From NCBI RefSeq assembly GCF_963921235.1, contig NC_086097.1, positions 28,088,001 through 28,152,000 of the forward strand: a stretch of 64,000 nt of DNA, written 5' to 3'. The position numbers and the translations under genes are program-made. The notes under the pieces are model-generated. The model was given only the letters and a program-made list of their open reading frames with translations, was not told the origin of the DNA and ran no database searches. The stretch comes from Mobula hypostoma. Lineage: Eukaryota. The stretch's first letter is position 1, and each line of letters starts with the position of its first letter. Below are positions 49,410 to 60,822 of this stretch, piece by piece.

Positions 49410-51180
49410 TTATATAAAGCTTTTATATAAAGTGGAAAAGGGTGGCTAAAATGATTGCAGGTCCCTTGGAGGACGAGAAAGGGGAATTGATATTGGGAAA
49501 TAACGAAATGGCTGAGGCTTTGAATGACTATTTTGTGTTGGTCTTCACGGTGGAGGACGCATCTAACATGCCAAAGAGAGATGTTATGGATGTGATGGGA
49601 GCTGAGGGCCTCGATACATTAGCTATCACTAAAGAGGTTGTGCTGAGCAAACTTGTGAGCCTAAAGATAGCCAAGTCCCCTGGTCCTGATGGAATGCATC
49701 CCAGGATACTGAAAGAAATGGCAGTAGTAGGGGCTTTGGTGATAATTTACCAAAATTCTCTGGACCCTGGAGAGGTCCCAGTGGATTAGAAGATGACAAA
49801 TGTCATGCCACTGTTCAAAAAAGGATGTACGCAAAAGGCAGGTAACTATAGGCCAGTTAGTTTAACATCTGTAGTTGGGAAAATGCTTGAAGCTATCATC
49901 AAAGAAATAGAGAAGCATCTGGAAAGAAATTGATCCATCAGGCAGACGCAACATGGAATTAGCAAAAGCAGGTCCTGTTTGACAAACTTACTGGAGTTCT
50001 TTAAGGATATAATGAGCACAGTGGATAGAGGGCAACAGATGGACATTAGTTACTTGGATTTCCAGAAGGCATTCGATAAGGTGCCACATAAAAGACATCC
50101 ATAAGATAAGGATGCGAAGTGTTGGGGGCGATGTATTAGCATGGATAGAGGATTAGTTAACAAATAGAAAACAGAGTTGGGATACATGGGTGTTACTCTG
50201 GTTGGCAATCAGTGGTGAGCAGTGTGCCACAGGGATCAGTGCTGGGACCGCAACTGTTCACGATATACATAACAATCTAGAAGAGGGGGCCAAGTGTAGT
50301 GTAACTAAGTTTGCTGATGATACCAAATTGAGTGGAAAAGCAAATCGTGCAGAAGATATGGAGTGTCTATAGAGATATATGTAGATAAGATAGATATATA
50401 GGTTAAGTGAGTGGGCAAGGGTCTGGGAGATGGAGTACAATATTGGTAAATACAAGGTCATCCACTTTGGAAGGGAAAATGAAAGAGCAGATTATTATTT
50501 AAATGCAAAAAAAACCTGCAGCATACTGCTGTGCAGAGGGACTTCGGAGCTCATTGCAAGGGGATTGAACTTAAGAGCAGGGAGGTTATGCTGCAACTGT
50601 ACAGGGTTGTGGTGAGGCCAAACATGGAGTACTGTGTACAGTTCTGGTCTCCTTACTTGAGGAAGGATATACTGGCTTTGGAGGCAGTGCAGAGGAGGTT
50701 CACCAGGTTGATTCCAGAGATGATGGGGTTAGACTATGAGGAGAAATTGAGTCACCTGGGACTGTACTTGCTGCAATTCAGAAGAATGGGAGATCTTATA
50801 GAAACATAAAATTATGAAAGGGATAGATAAGATAGAGGCAGGAAAGTTGTTTCCACTGGTAGGTGAGACTTGAACTAGGGGATATAGCCTCAAGATTCAG
50901 GGAGTAGATATAGGACAGAGACGAGGAAGAACTACTTTTCCCAGAGAATGGTGAATCTGAGGAATTCTCTGCCCAATGAAGCAGTGGAAGCTCCCTCAGT
51001 AAATATATTTAAGACAAGGTTGGATAGATTTTTGCATAGTAGGGGAATTAAGGATTATGGGGAAAAGGCAAGTAGATGGAGATGAGTCCATGGCCAGATC
51101 AGACATAATCTTATTGAATGGTGGGGCAGGCTCGAAGGGCCAGGTGGCCTACTCCTGCTCCTATTTCTTATGTTCTTATC
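49410..51180 (+). mobile_element. CR1 LINE, 5'-truncated, degenerate
   Basis: KSPGPDGMHPRILKE, NYRPVSLTS, FADDTKL, EYCVQFWSP motifs; CR1 3' tail at about 51150-51180. Confidence 0.88.
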
Positions 51181-52149
51181 ATTTATACCAGTTACCGCTC
51201 CTCTTGGGCACTCGAATATTGGAGGCTGCCTTGAAATGTGCAGGGACAGTGGACTGTTTCAGATATACAGTATTAAAAGGTGTCCTTTAGGATCTCTGTT
51301 AGCTGGGACACACAGTCCCTCAGCCCTTGATGAGGTGGGTTGTTCGGCCCTGCAGCTTTGCATAGGTTTACCCTGGCTAGGGTCCCACTCATCAGGCAGG
51401 GTGCCTGCTTCTCAGGAAGAGATGGACCATGGACCCTTCTTAACTTTGAACTGTTCTTGATGTCGCATGACTCAATTGGTCAAATCATGTATAGAAAGCA
51501 TTCAGCCTATCAGGAAGGGAGATGTCACTGTCATTGCCATGCAGGGTAGATGAGTAATTGGTTATAGTTTGCCAAATGCGCTGCATGATCCAAAGCTATC
51601 TGAGGATCTTCTATGCGTTCTCACGCTTTACCTTCCTGATGGCATGGGAAGCTCTTGTTGACCTTAAGAATCATCCTGTCCCACAATCCTACATCATACA
51701 AAAAGTATTGGATATGGCCCAGTCCATGAAGGGTAAAGCCCTTCCCACCACTGAGAACATCTACATGAAGCATTGTTGCAGGAAAGCAGCATCCATCATT
51801 GGGGACCCTCAGCATCCAAGTGATGCTCTCTTCTCACAACTGCAATCAGGAAGAAGGTTCAGGAGCCTCAGAACTCACACCACCAGGTTCAGGAACGGTT
51901 ATTACCCCTCAACCATCAGGCTCTTGAACCAAAGGGTATCATTGAAATGTTTCACAACCTATGGACTCACTTTCAAGGACTCTTCATCTCACATTCTCAA
52001 TATTTATTGCTTAATTTACTTACAACTATTATTTAATTTTGTATTTGCACAGTATGCCGTCTTTTTGCTGTCATTTTCCTATGTTGGCAGTCTCCAATCC
52101 CGTACATGCATCAAGGTTGACGTGATGATCATAGGCATCACCTCCCTGA

Positions 52150-52900
52150 ATATGTTCCAGTCCGTTCTTTAGAAACAGTCCTGATCTCCTCTGAAACTGG
52201 TTTGACTTGTCTAACTGGCGGTCTTTATGCCAGGACTAGAAAAATGTGTATGTGGCCTGGGTATCCAGAGTAGGGTAGGGTAGGGTAGGGTAGGGTAAGG
52301 TGGGGTGGGGCAGCCATGCAGGCTCCAGGAACGTTGACGTAAACCGGGACTAAAATATTCTCTCTTCTGGTTATGAAGTTGACATGTTGGTAGAACTTTG
52401 GCAGGACTGTTTTTAAATTGGCTTTATTGCAGTCACCGTGAACTTCGGCATGAGTGGCTTTGAGGTCGCAGATGGCGCCGTACAGCTCCCGCAGCGCTTC
52501 CCCGCCACTAGCACGGGGGGGGGGGGGTGGGGGGCGGATATGGATAGCAATAATTCCAATGGCATTGAACTCACTCGGGAAGAAGAGCCTGCATTTCACC
52601 ATTGAAAACTCTATATGCAGTGAAAGGCGTGTCATTGCCGCCTCAGGTCTTATTAATGTAGACACACAGAACTGTTCCACGAGTCTCGCCGGAGTTTCTA
52701 TCCACCTGGAAAGAGACTTCCTTCCAGCCGGATAGCCGAATCTGGAATGTCATCTTAAAGCCGCGTTTCTGTCAGGACAAGCGTACAATTTCCCTAATTT
52801 CCCGCTGGATTAGACGCAGCAGCAGGTAATCCAGTTTATTTTCCAGCGCTCCTTCGTTAGCGAGCCGAATTGATGGAAGCGCAGGCCTGCAGGGATCCAC
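52150..52900 (-). mobile_element. Rex1/Babar-like LINE 5' (endonuclease) fragment
   Basis: ALRELYGAI...GD.NKANLKTVLPKFYQHV...TR.ENIL in ORF 52225-52680. Confidence 0.65.
52271..52310 (+). repeat. (TAGGG)n G-rich microsatellite
   Basis: Five perfect TAGGG units followed by TAAGG TGGGG TGGGG. Confidence 0.9.
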
Positions 52901-52917
52901 TTTTAGTTTCGCTTTAA

Positions 52918-53248
52918 TCGTGTGGATAGTCAGAGGCTTTTTCCCAGGGCTGAAATGGCAGGCACGAAGAGGGCACAGTTTTAAGGTGCTTGGAAGTAGG
53001 TACAGAGGAGATGTCAGGGTTAAGTTTTTTACGCAGAGAGTGGTGAGTGTGTCGAATGTGCTGCCGGTGACAGTGGTGGAGGCGGATACGATAGGGTCTT
53101 TTAAGAGACTCCTGGATGGCTACATGGAGCTCAGAAAAATAGAGGGCTATGTATAAAGCCTAGGTAGTTCTAAGGTCGGGACATGTTCAGCACAGCTTTG
53201 TGGGCCGAAGTGCCTATATTGTGCTGTAGGTGTTCTATGTTTCTATGT
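52918..53248 (+). mobile_element. CR1-like LINE 3' end
   Basis: RGHSFKVLGSRYRGDVR.KFFTQRVV; TTCTATGT-type tail. Confidence 0.75.
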
Positions 53249-54831
53249 TAATAGCGTATCGCTTTCCCGAGTAGTTGTAAAATGCGGCGCGGAACGAGAA
53301 CCCACTCACTGCGTTAGTCTGTAACTGCGCAGCACCTCCGATTTTGTCTGTTGGGAGAGGGAAGAAGAGAGAATGTCTGATGTGGGTGGGCTGTTTGATT
53401 TTGCTGGCAGCGAGAAGTGTAGACGTGAGTCCGTGCAAGGGAGGCTGGGTTTCAAGCCCCTCAAAGTGAAAACGCCTTAAAGCAACACATAAAATGCTGG
53501 AGGAACGCAGTGGTCGGGCAGCTTCTATGGAGGGAAATAGGACAGGCAGTGTTTCGGGCCAAGAGCCTTCAACTGGACTCAAGTGGATCAGGTCTATTCC
53601 GGATGAAGCTATCACCCTTAAACGCCAACTTTCCATTTCCTTCCACAGATAATGCTCAACCCACTGAGTTCCTCCAGTGTTTTTGTGTGTTACTGCAGAT
53701 TCCAGCATCTGCAGGCTCTTGTACTGTGGCATGTGACAATACAGTGAAAAGATGCAAGATCATAAGGAGGTAGATAGTGAGGACAAGAATCCAGCTGTAG
53801 AAGCTCTCTTGGAGCCTGGTGATACAAACTTTGTGACTTTTGTATCTTCTACCCAATGGAAGAGGGGAGAAGAGAGAATATCTGGGGTGGGTGGTGTCAG
53901 AAACAGTGAGAAGTATAGATAGTGTCCATGGAGGGGAGGCTGGTTTCTGTGATGACCACAATTCTCTGAAGACGGGCAGAGCAGTAGTTGCCTTACCAGA
54001 CCTTGATGCATCAGGACATGCCAAGTTTCTTTAGCCTCTTGAGGAAGCAGAAGTGTTTTGATGAGCTTTCTTGGCCATGGAGTCTGTGTGGTTGGACTCC
54101 TATCGACTCCTATCAGTTCCAGGCAGGATGTTCACTCCCAGAGTAGGGTTAAACTCCCAATCTCTGAACTTCAGCACCATTGATATGTGTGCCTCCCACC
54201 TTCCTGAAGTTAATGACCAGTCCTGCCGAAGGGTTTCAGCCCGAAATGTTGACTGTACTTTTCTCTGTAGATGCTGCCTGGCCTGCTGAGTTCCTCCAGC
54301 ATTTCGTGTGTGTTGCTCGGATTTCCAGTATCCAGTATCTGCAGATTTTCTGTTGTTTGTCAATGATATTTGATCTAACAGTCCGTCTGCAAAATTATAG
54401 GTGGAGTTAGAGCAAAGCCTGGCCACATAGTCATGAGTGTATTGCGGGGGGAGGGGGAAAGAAGAGTAGAGATTTCAACCTTCTGGGTGAGAATAATCAA
54501 GGTAGAGGTGTTTCTGCCAATACTTACAGATTGTGGTCTGTTGGTCAGCAAGTCAAGGATGCAGCTGCGGAGGAAAGCATTGACTCCTAGGTCTCAGAAT
54601 TTGGTGATGAGCTTGCTTGGAATTCTCGTATTGAAGGTGGAACAATAGGTAATAAACGATAGTCTAATGTTGGTGTCTTTACAGTCCAGCTGCTCCAGAG
54701 GTGAAATTTGTCTGGGACAGGCAGACTTTTGGATAATAAAGAACAGGAGTTATGTGCACAGAGTGGAATTGTGGCCACATTGTAGATCAGCAATGAAAGG
54801 AGGAGCAGGTTCAAGGGCCATATAACCACAG

Positions 54832-55052
54832 GGCAGTACGATAGCATAGCAGTTAATGTAACACTTTGCAGTGCCAACAGTAAGATCAGGGTTCAATTCC
54901 CTTCACTATCCGAAAAGAATTTGTACATTCTCCGTGTGACCACGTGAGATTCTGTCAGGTGCGCTGGCTTCCTCCCACGTTCCAAAAGACATTCGGGTTA
55001 GGGTTAGTAAGTTGTGGGCATGCTACGTTGGTGCCAGAAGCATGGCAACACT
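54832..55052 (+). mobile_element. V-SINE/HE1-like tRNA-derived SINE
   Basis: B box GGTTCAATTCC followed by a V-domain-like core TTTGTACATTCTCCGTGTGACC...GGTGC.CTGG.TTCCTCCCAC. Confidence 0.65.
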
Positions 55053-58000
55053 GTATGACCTGCACAAAAGGGACAGATTACATCTGAATCAGAGGGGGGC
55101 TAATATCCTGTGGACAGGTTAGCTAGAGTTGTTCGGGTAGGGTTAAACTAATTTGGCAGCGGGATGGGAACCGGAGTGACAGTGCTGAGGATGAGGTAAT
55201 TGGTTTACAAACGGGGCAATTTGTAGTCAGACTCCTAGCAAGAAGAGGGTGATGATAAGGCAAAATTGCAGTCAGTGGGATGAGTTGCAACGTAAAAGGT
55301 GGACAAAATCAGAATACAGGACTGTAAGTGTTATATTTAAACGCATGTGGTAAACAGAATAAGGTAGATTAATTTGCAGCACAGTTACAGATTGGCATGT
55401 ATGATGTTGTAGGCATCAATGAATCATGGCTGAAAGAGGATTAAAGCTGGGAGCTTAATATCCAAGGATACATATTATATCAAAAGGACAAGTAGGATGG
55501 CAGAGGGGGCCACATTGCTCTGTTGGTAAAAAAAAAATGAGATTAAATCATTAGAAAGAGGTGAGACAGAGTCGGAAGGTGTTGAGTCATTGTGGCCAGA
55601 GCTAAGAAACTGCAAGGGTAAAAGGACACTAACGGGAGTTATATGCAGATCCCACAAACAGTAGTAAAGATGTGATCCACAAATTATAACAGGAGATAGA
55701 AAATGCATCCCAAAGGGACAATATGTTGTTGCTGCATTCCAAGAGGGGGAAATTCTAGAAAGCCTATGAGCTTAAGGTAAAAGAACCCTTAGGGGTAAGT
55801 GATCATAATATGATCGAATTCACCCTGAAATTTGAGAAGGAGAAGCTAAAGTCAGATGTATCAGTATTGCAGTAGAGTAAAGGGAATTACAGAGGTATGA
55901 GAAAGGAGTTGCCCAGAATTGATTGGAAAAGAACACTGGCAGGATTGATAGTAGATTAGCAATGGCTGGAATTTCTGGAAGCAATTTGGAAAGCACAGGA
56001 TATGTACATTCCAAAGAGGAAGTAGTATTCTAAAGGCAAGATGACACAACTATGGCTAACAAGAGAAATCGAAGCCCATAAGACAAAGGAGAAGAATTAG
56101 GCCAACTGGCCCATCAAATCTGCTCCACCATTCAATCATGGCTGATCCTTTTTTTCTCTCCTCCTCAACCCCATTTCCTGGCCTTCTCCCCTTATGCTTT
56201 GATGCCATGTCCAATCACAATCTCTGCCTTAAATACATCCAATGACCTGGCCTCCACAGCTGCATGTGGCAACGAATTCCACAAATTTACCACCCTGTGG
56301 CTAAAGAAATTTCTCCGCATCTCTGTTTTAAAAGGACGCCCCTCTATCCTGAGGATGTGCCCTCCTGTCCTAGACTGTCCCACCATGGGAAACATCCTTT
56401 CCACATCTACTCTGTCTAGGCTTTTCAACATTCGAAAGGTTTCAATAAGATTCCCCTCCCCTCCCATCATTCTGAATTCCAGCAAGTACACCAAACATTC
56501 CTCGTATGATAACTCTTTCATTCCTGGAGTAATCCTTGTGAATCTCCACTGGACCCTCTCCAATGCCAGCACATCTTTTTTAAGATGAGGGGCCCAAAAC
56601 TGTTCACAATATTCAAGTTGAGGCCTCACCAGTGCTTTATAAAGCCTCAGCATCACATCATTGCTCTTGTATTTTAGACCCCTTGAAATGAATGCTAACA
56701 TGGCATTTGCCTTCCTCACCACCGACTCAACCTGTAAGTTAACCTTCAAGGTGTTCTGTACTAGGACTCCCAAATCCCTATGCATCTCTGATTCCTGGAT
56801 TTTCTCCCCATTTAGAAAATAGTTCGCACATTTATTTCTACTAGCAAAGTGCATGACCATGCATCTTTCAACATTATATATCATTTGCCACTTTCTTGCC
56901 CATTCTCCTAATCTATCTCAGTCCTTCAGTGTCCTGTTTCCTCAACACTACCTGCCCCTCCACCAATCTTCATATCATCTGCAAACCTGGCAACAAAGCC
57001 ATCTATTCCATCATCTAAATCATTTATATGCAGCATAAAAAGAAGTGGTCCCAATACAGACCCCTGCAGATCACCACTAGTCACTGGCAGCCAACCAGGA
57101 AAGGATCCATTTAATCCCACTTGCTACCTCCTACTAATCAGCCAATGCTCTAACCACGTTAGTAACTTTCCTGTAATACCATAGGCTCTTAACTTGGTAA
57201 GTAGCGTCATGTGTGGCACCTTGGCAAAGGCTTTCTGAAAGTCCAAATATACAACATCCACTGCATCCCCTTTATCTATCCTACTTGTAATCTCCTCAAA
57301 GAATTCCAACAGGTTCATCAGGCAGGATTTTCACTGAAGGAAACCATCCTGACTTTGCACCATCTTGTCCTGTGTCACCAAGTATTCCATGACCTCATCC
57401 TTAACAATTGACTCTTCAGTTAACATCTTCACAACCACTGAGATCAGGCTAATTGGTCTATAATTTCCTTTCCTCTGCCTTCCTCCTTTCTTAAAGAGTG
57501 GAGTGACATCTTCAATTTTCCAGTCCTCTGGCACCATGCCAGGGTCCAATGAATTTTGAAATATCATTTCTAATGCCACCACAAGCTCTAATGCAACTTA
57601 TTTCAGAACCCTAGGGTGCAGTTCATCTGGTCCGGGTGACTTATGTACCCTTATGTCTTTCAGCTTTTTGAGCACCTTCTCCCTTGTAATAGTAACTGCA
57701 CCCACTTCTCTACCTTCACACACTACAACATCAGGCATACTGCTAGTGTCCTCCACAGCGAAGACTGATGCAAAATACTCATTTAGTTCATCAGCCATCT
57801 CCTTGTCCCCCATTATTATTTTTCCTGCCTCATTTTCTAGCAGTCCAGATCCACTCTCATTTCTATTTTCATTTCTCTTTTATTTTTTACAAACTTGAAA
57901 AACTTTTATTATTCACTTTGATATTATTTGCTAGCTTGCTTTCAAATTTCATCTTTTCCCTTCTAATGACTTTTTTAGTTGCTCTCTGTAGGTTTTTAAA

Positions 58001-59531
58001 AACTTCCCAATCCTCTATCTTCCCACTAATTTTTGCTTTGTTGTATGCCCTTTCTTTTGCTTTTACAATGGTTTTAACTTCCCTTATCAGCCATGGTTGT
58101 ACTATTTTACTATTTGAATATTTCTTCATTTTTGGAATACTTGTGTCCTGCACCTTCCTCATTTTTCCCAGAAATGCACCCCATTGCTGCTCTGTTGACA
58201 TCCCTGCCAGCAGCTCCTTCCAAGTCACTTCAACTCCTCTCTCATACCACTGTAATTTCCCTTCATCGTCATCAGGTGCCCTGCCCAGTTTGAGCTTTGA
58301 CTGCCATGGCCCACACACTGCTGTTTCGGGTCAAGTGGATCAATTCATTGGTATTCATTTCCAGTTCTCTGGCTGCTGTCTCCTTCATCTCTTTCCTAAT
58401 CACATGTCCAATGAAGTTACGTTGCTGTTTCATGATGTCATACATTATTTTTCTTTTTGTGTTTGCTCTGTTCATGACATCCTCATTAGATATTCATTTC
58501 ATCCATGATGTTCTTTGCATCCTCCTCAAAAACCACATCTCTGCTACTTCAATTCATTTCCTCATGTTACTAGATATTGTCCAACATTCTGAGCAATATA
58601 ACATAACTGGATAAACAGTACTCTGAGGCGGGTTGTCATGCCTAATTTAGTGTTGGTCAGTATACTCTTCATTCTCGTAAAGATATCTTTTGCCATCCCT
58701 ATTCTTCTTTTGATGTCCATGTCGCACCTGCCATCTGATGTCACCCAGCTTCCTAAGTAGCAAAAGTTCTGTTCTTGTTTTATGTCTTCCCCGTTTATTC
58801 TCAGCCTACAGATAGGATTCTCCTTCTTTTTGGATATCACCATACATTCTGTCTTTTAACAATTGATAGATAGACCCATTTTTGCACTTTCTTCAACAAC
58901 TATATCAATGAAGTTTTGTAGTTCTTCCTCCGTACTTGCAATTAACATAGTGTCATCCGCATATCTGAAATTATTGATGTTTTCACCACCAACTTTGATT
59001 CCCAAGACGTCTCTTATTTTTTGTAATATTGTTTCACTGTACACATTAAACAAATCAAGGGAGAAAACACACCCTTGTCTAACGCCTCTTGATTTTTGTT
59101 AACTGACTCACTTCTCCATCTATTCTTACAGCAGCAGTTTGTTCCCAGTACAGATTTCTGATTAGGCGGAGGTCTTTTGAATCTAGATCTAGAGATTCCT
59201 ATAATATTTCAAATAACTTATTGTGCTTCACTTTATCAAATGCTTTTGTGTGGTCGATAAAACAAATCTTTTTGCACCTGAATAGCTCGTTCTGATAGTA
59301 AACAGAGGAGCTTTTTACCAGTGATATTCTTGATTTGTTGATGTAACCTTTTTGGATCAGTAATAGGGATTCTTTCTATTTGCTCACAATCCTGGTTTAA
59401 CCATTCTTCTTTGGCTTTTTGACATAAGCTTTTAACCTTTTCATCTAAGGACTTATATTCTATAGGATTTTCTTTCTTCTGTCTCCTTTCTTCCATTAGA
59501 TCTTTGATTTCATCTGTCATCCTTTTATTCT

Positions 59532-60689
59532 TTATGTTTTTTTTTCTTTTTTGGGAATCACTGACTTTGCTGATTCTACCAAGGCATCCTTTAGAGAGTT
59601 AAACTTAATTTCTACATGATTGCTATCATCTTCAACAGATTCTATTTCTAGACTTTGAAATCTATTCCTTACTTCAATTGTAAATTTTTGTCTTAAGGTT
59701 TCTTCTTTAATTAATTGCAAGTAGTCAAGGGATTGTTCAGGTTTTTGCTTCTTTAGTTTTTTAAGTTTTACTTTTACATGACATATTACTGGGTTATGGT
59801 CACTATTACAGTCTGCACCTGGATATGTTTTGCATTGAGACACTGAGTTTCTAAATCTTTGGTTTATAGTAATAAAGTCAATTTGATTTCTGGTGTTATC
59901 ACCTGGACTTTTCCAGGTCCACAAGCATCTTGGATGGTTTTTAAAGTAGGTATTCATAATGACCTGATTATTCATCTTGCACCATTCTACCCATTTCTCT
60001 CCTCTTTCATTTCTTTCCCCTAGTCCAAATTTTCCTATGGTATTTCCATCAGCACCTTGTCCTACTTTAGCATTTACATATCCTATGACAATAACAATAT
60101 CTTGAGATTTGCATCCATTCTTTGCTTGTTCAAGCTCTTCATAGAATTTATCTATATCCTCATTTGTTCCATCTGTTGTTGGTGCATATACCTGTATAAT
60201 TGCTAAATCAAATGGTTGTCCTCTGAATCGAACAAGGAGCACTCTTTCTGATATTGCCCAATGTCCTAAAACACTTTTTGCCATGTTTTCATCCATAAGA
60301 ATTCCTACTCCATTAGTATGGGATGTTCCACAAGAATAAGTTAGTGTTTTATTTCTATTCTGACATGTTCCAGCACCTGTCCAACGAACTTCGCTAATTC
60401 CCATGATGTTAATCTTTAGTCTTTCCATTTCATTTATCACATTGTCTAATCTTCCTGCTTGATATGGGATTCTTACATTCCAAGTGGCAATAAATTTCCT
60501 TTGTGTTACTTGAATTTTATGAGCAGTAGCTTGATGACGGTCGGGGATCCCCTGCTGACCAGAATCAACCCTACCGAGCGAAGCATCTTCAGAATTGTCT
60601 TGAAGATCCTCTTGACGCTGTTGTTGTGTGATACATTTTGTGAGTTTGACAATGGTTTTCTTAGCAAATAATTCTAGGAAACCTAGTAT
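59532..60689 (-). CDS. RTE ORF2 N-terminal part (AP endonuclease), AUG-less start, broken by a frameshift
   Basis: The frame of ORF 59532-60440 stays open 83 more codons to 60689 (preceded by TAG) and includes FIATWNVR. Confidence 0.8.
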   Translation of the reverse strand: MLGFLELFAKKTIVKLTKCITQQQRQEDLQDNSEDASLGRVDSGQQGIPDRHQATAHKIQVTQRKFIATWNVRIPYQAGRLDNVINEMERLKINIMGISEVRWTGAGTCQNRNKTLTYSCGTSHTNGVGILMDENMAKSVLGHWAISERVLLVRFRGQPFDLAIIQVYAPTTDGTNEDIDKFYEELEQAKNGCKSQDIVIVIGYVNAKVGQGADGNTIGKFGLGERNERGEKWVEWCKMNNQVIMNTYFKNHPRCLWTWKSPGDNTRNQIDFITINQRFRNSVSQCKTYPGADCNSDHNPVICHVKVKLKKLKKQKPEQSLDYLQLIKEETLRQKFTIEVRNRFQSLEIESVEDDSNHVEIKFNSLKDALVESAKSVIPKKEKKT

Positions 60690-60822
60690 CTAGCAACGGT
60701 GGTTTGATATTGCCTACCGTTGGGTGAACTAAAGAAATCACCATTTCTCTTCCCAGATGTTCATCCGCCTGTACTATAGCCGTTGACATTTGAGGTCCTA
60801 GCTCATCTGCCTCCTTCGTCAT
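60661..60822 (-). CDS. Short RTE ORF1-like upstream ORF (53 aa) overlapping ORF2
   Basis: MTKEADELGPQMSTAIVQADEHLGREMVISLVHPTVGNIKPPLLDTRFPRIIC*; overlaps the ORF2 frame by 29 nt. RTE elements are known to carry such short overlapping first ORFs. Confidence 0.55.
   Translation of the reverse strand: MTKEADELGPQMSTAIVQADEHLGREMVISLVHPTVGNIKPPLLDTRFPRIIC

Noticed and set aside
51558..52172. 204-aa plus-strand ORF as a possible divergent host gene
   Set aside because: The central part (CCRKAASII.DP.HP...LFS.L.SGRR.RS..T.TTRFRN.YYP..IRLLN) is the C-terminus of a Rex1/Babar-like LINE ORF.
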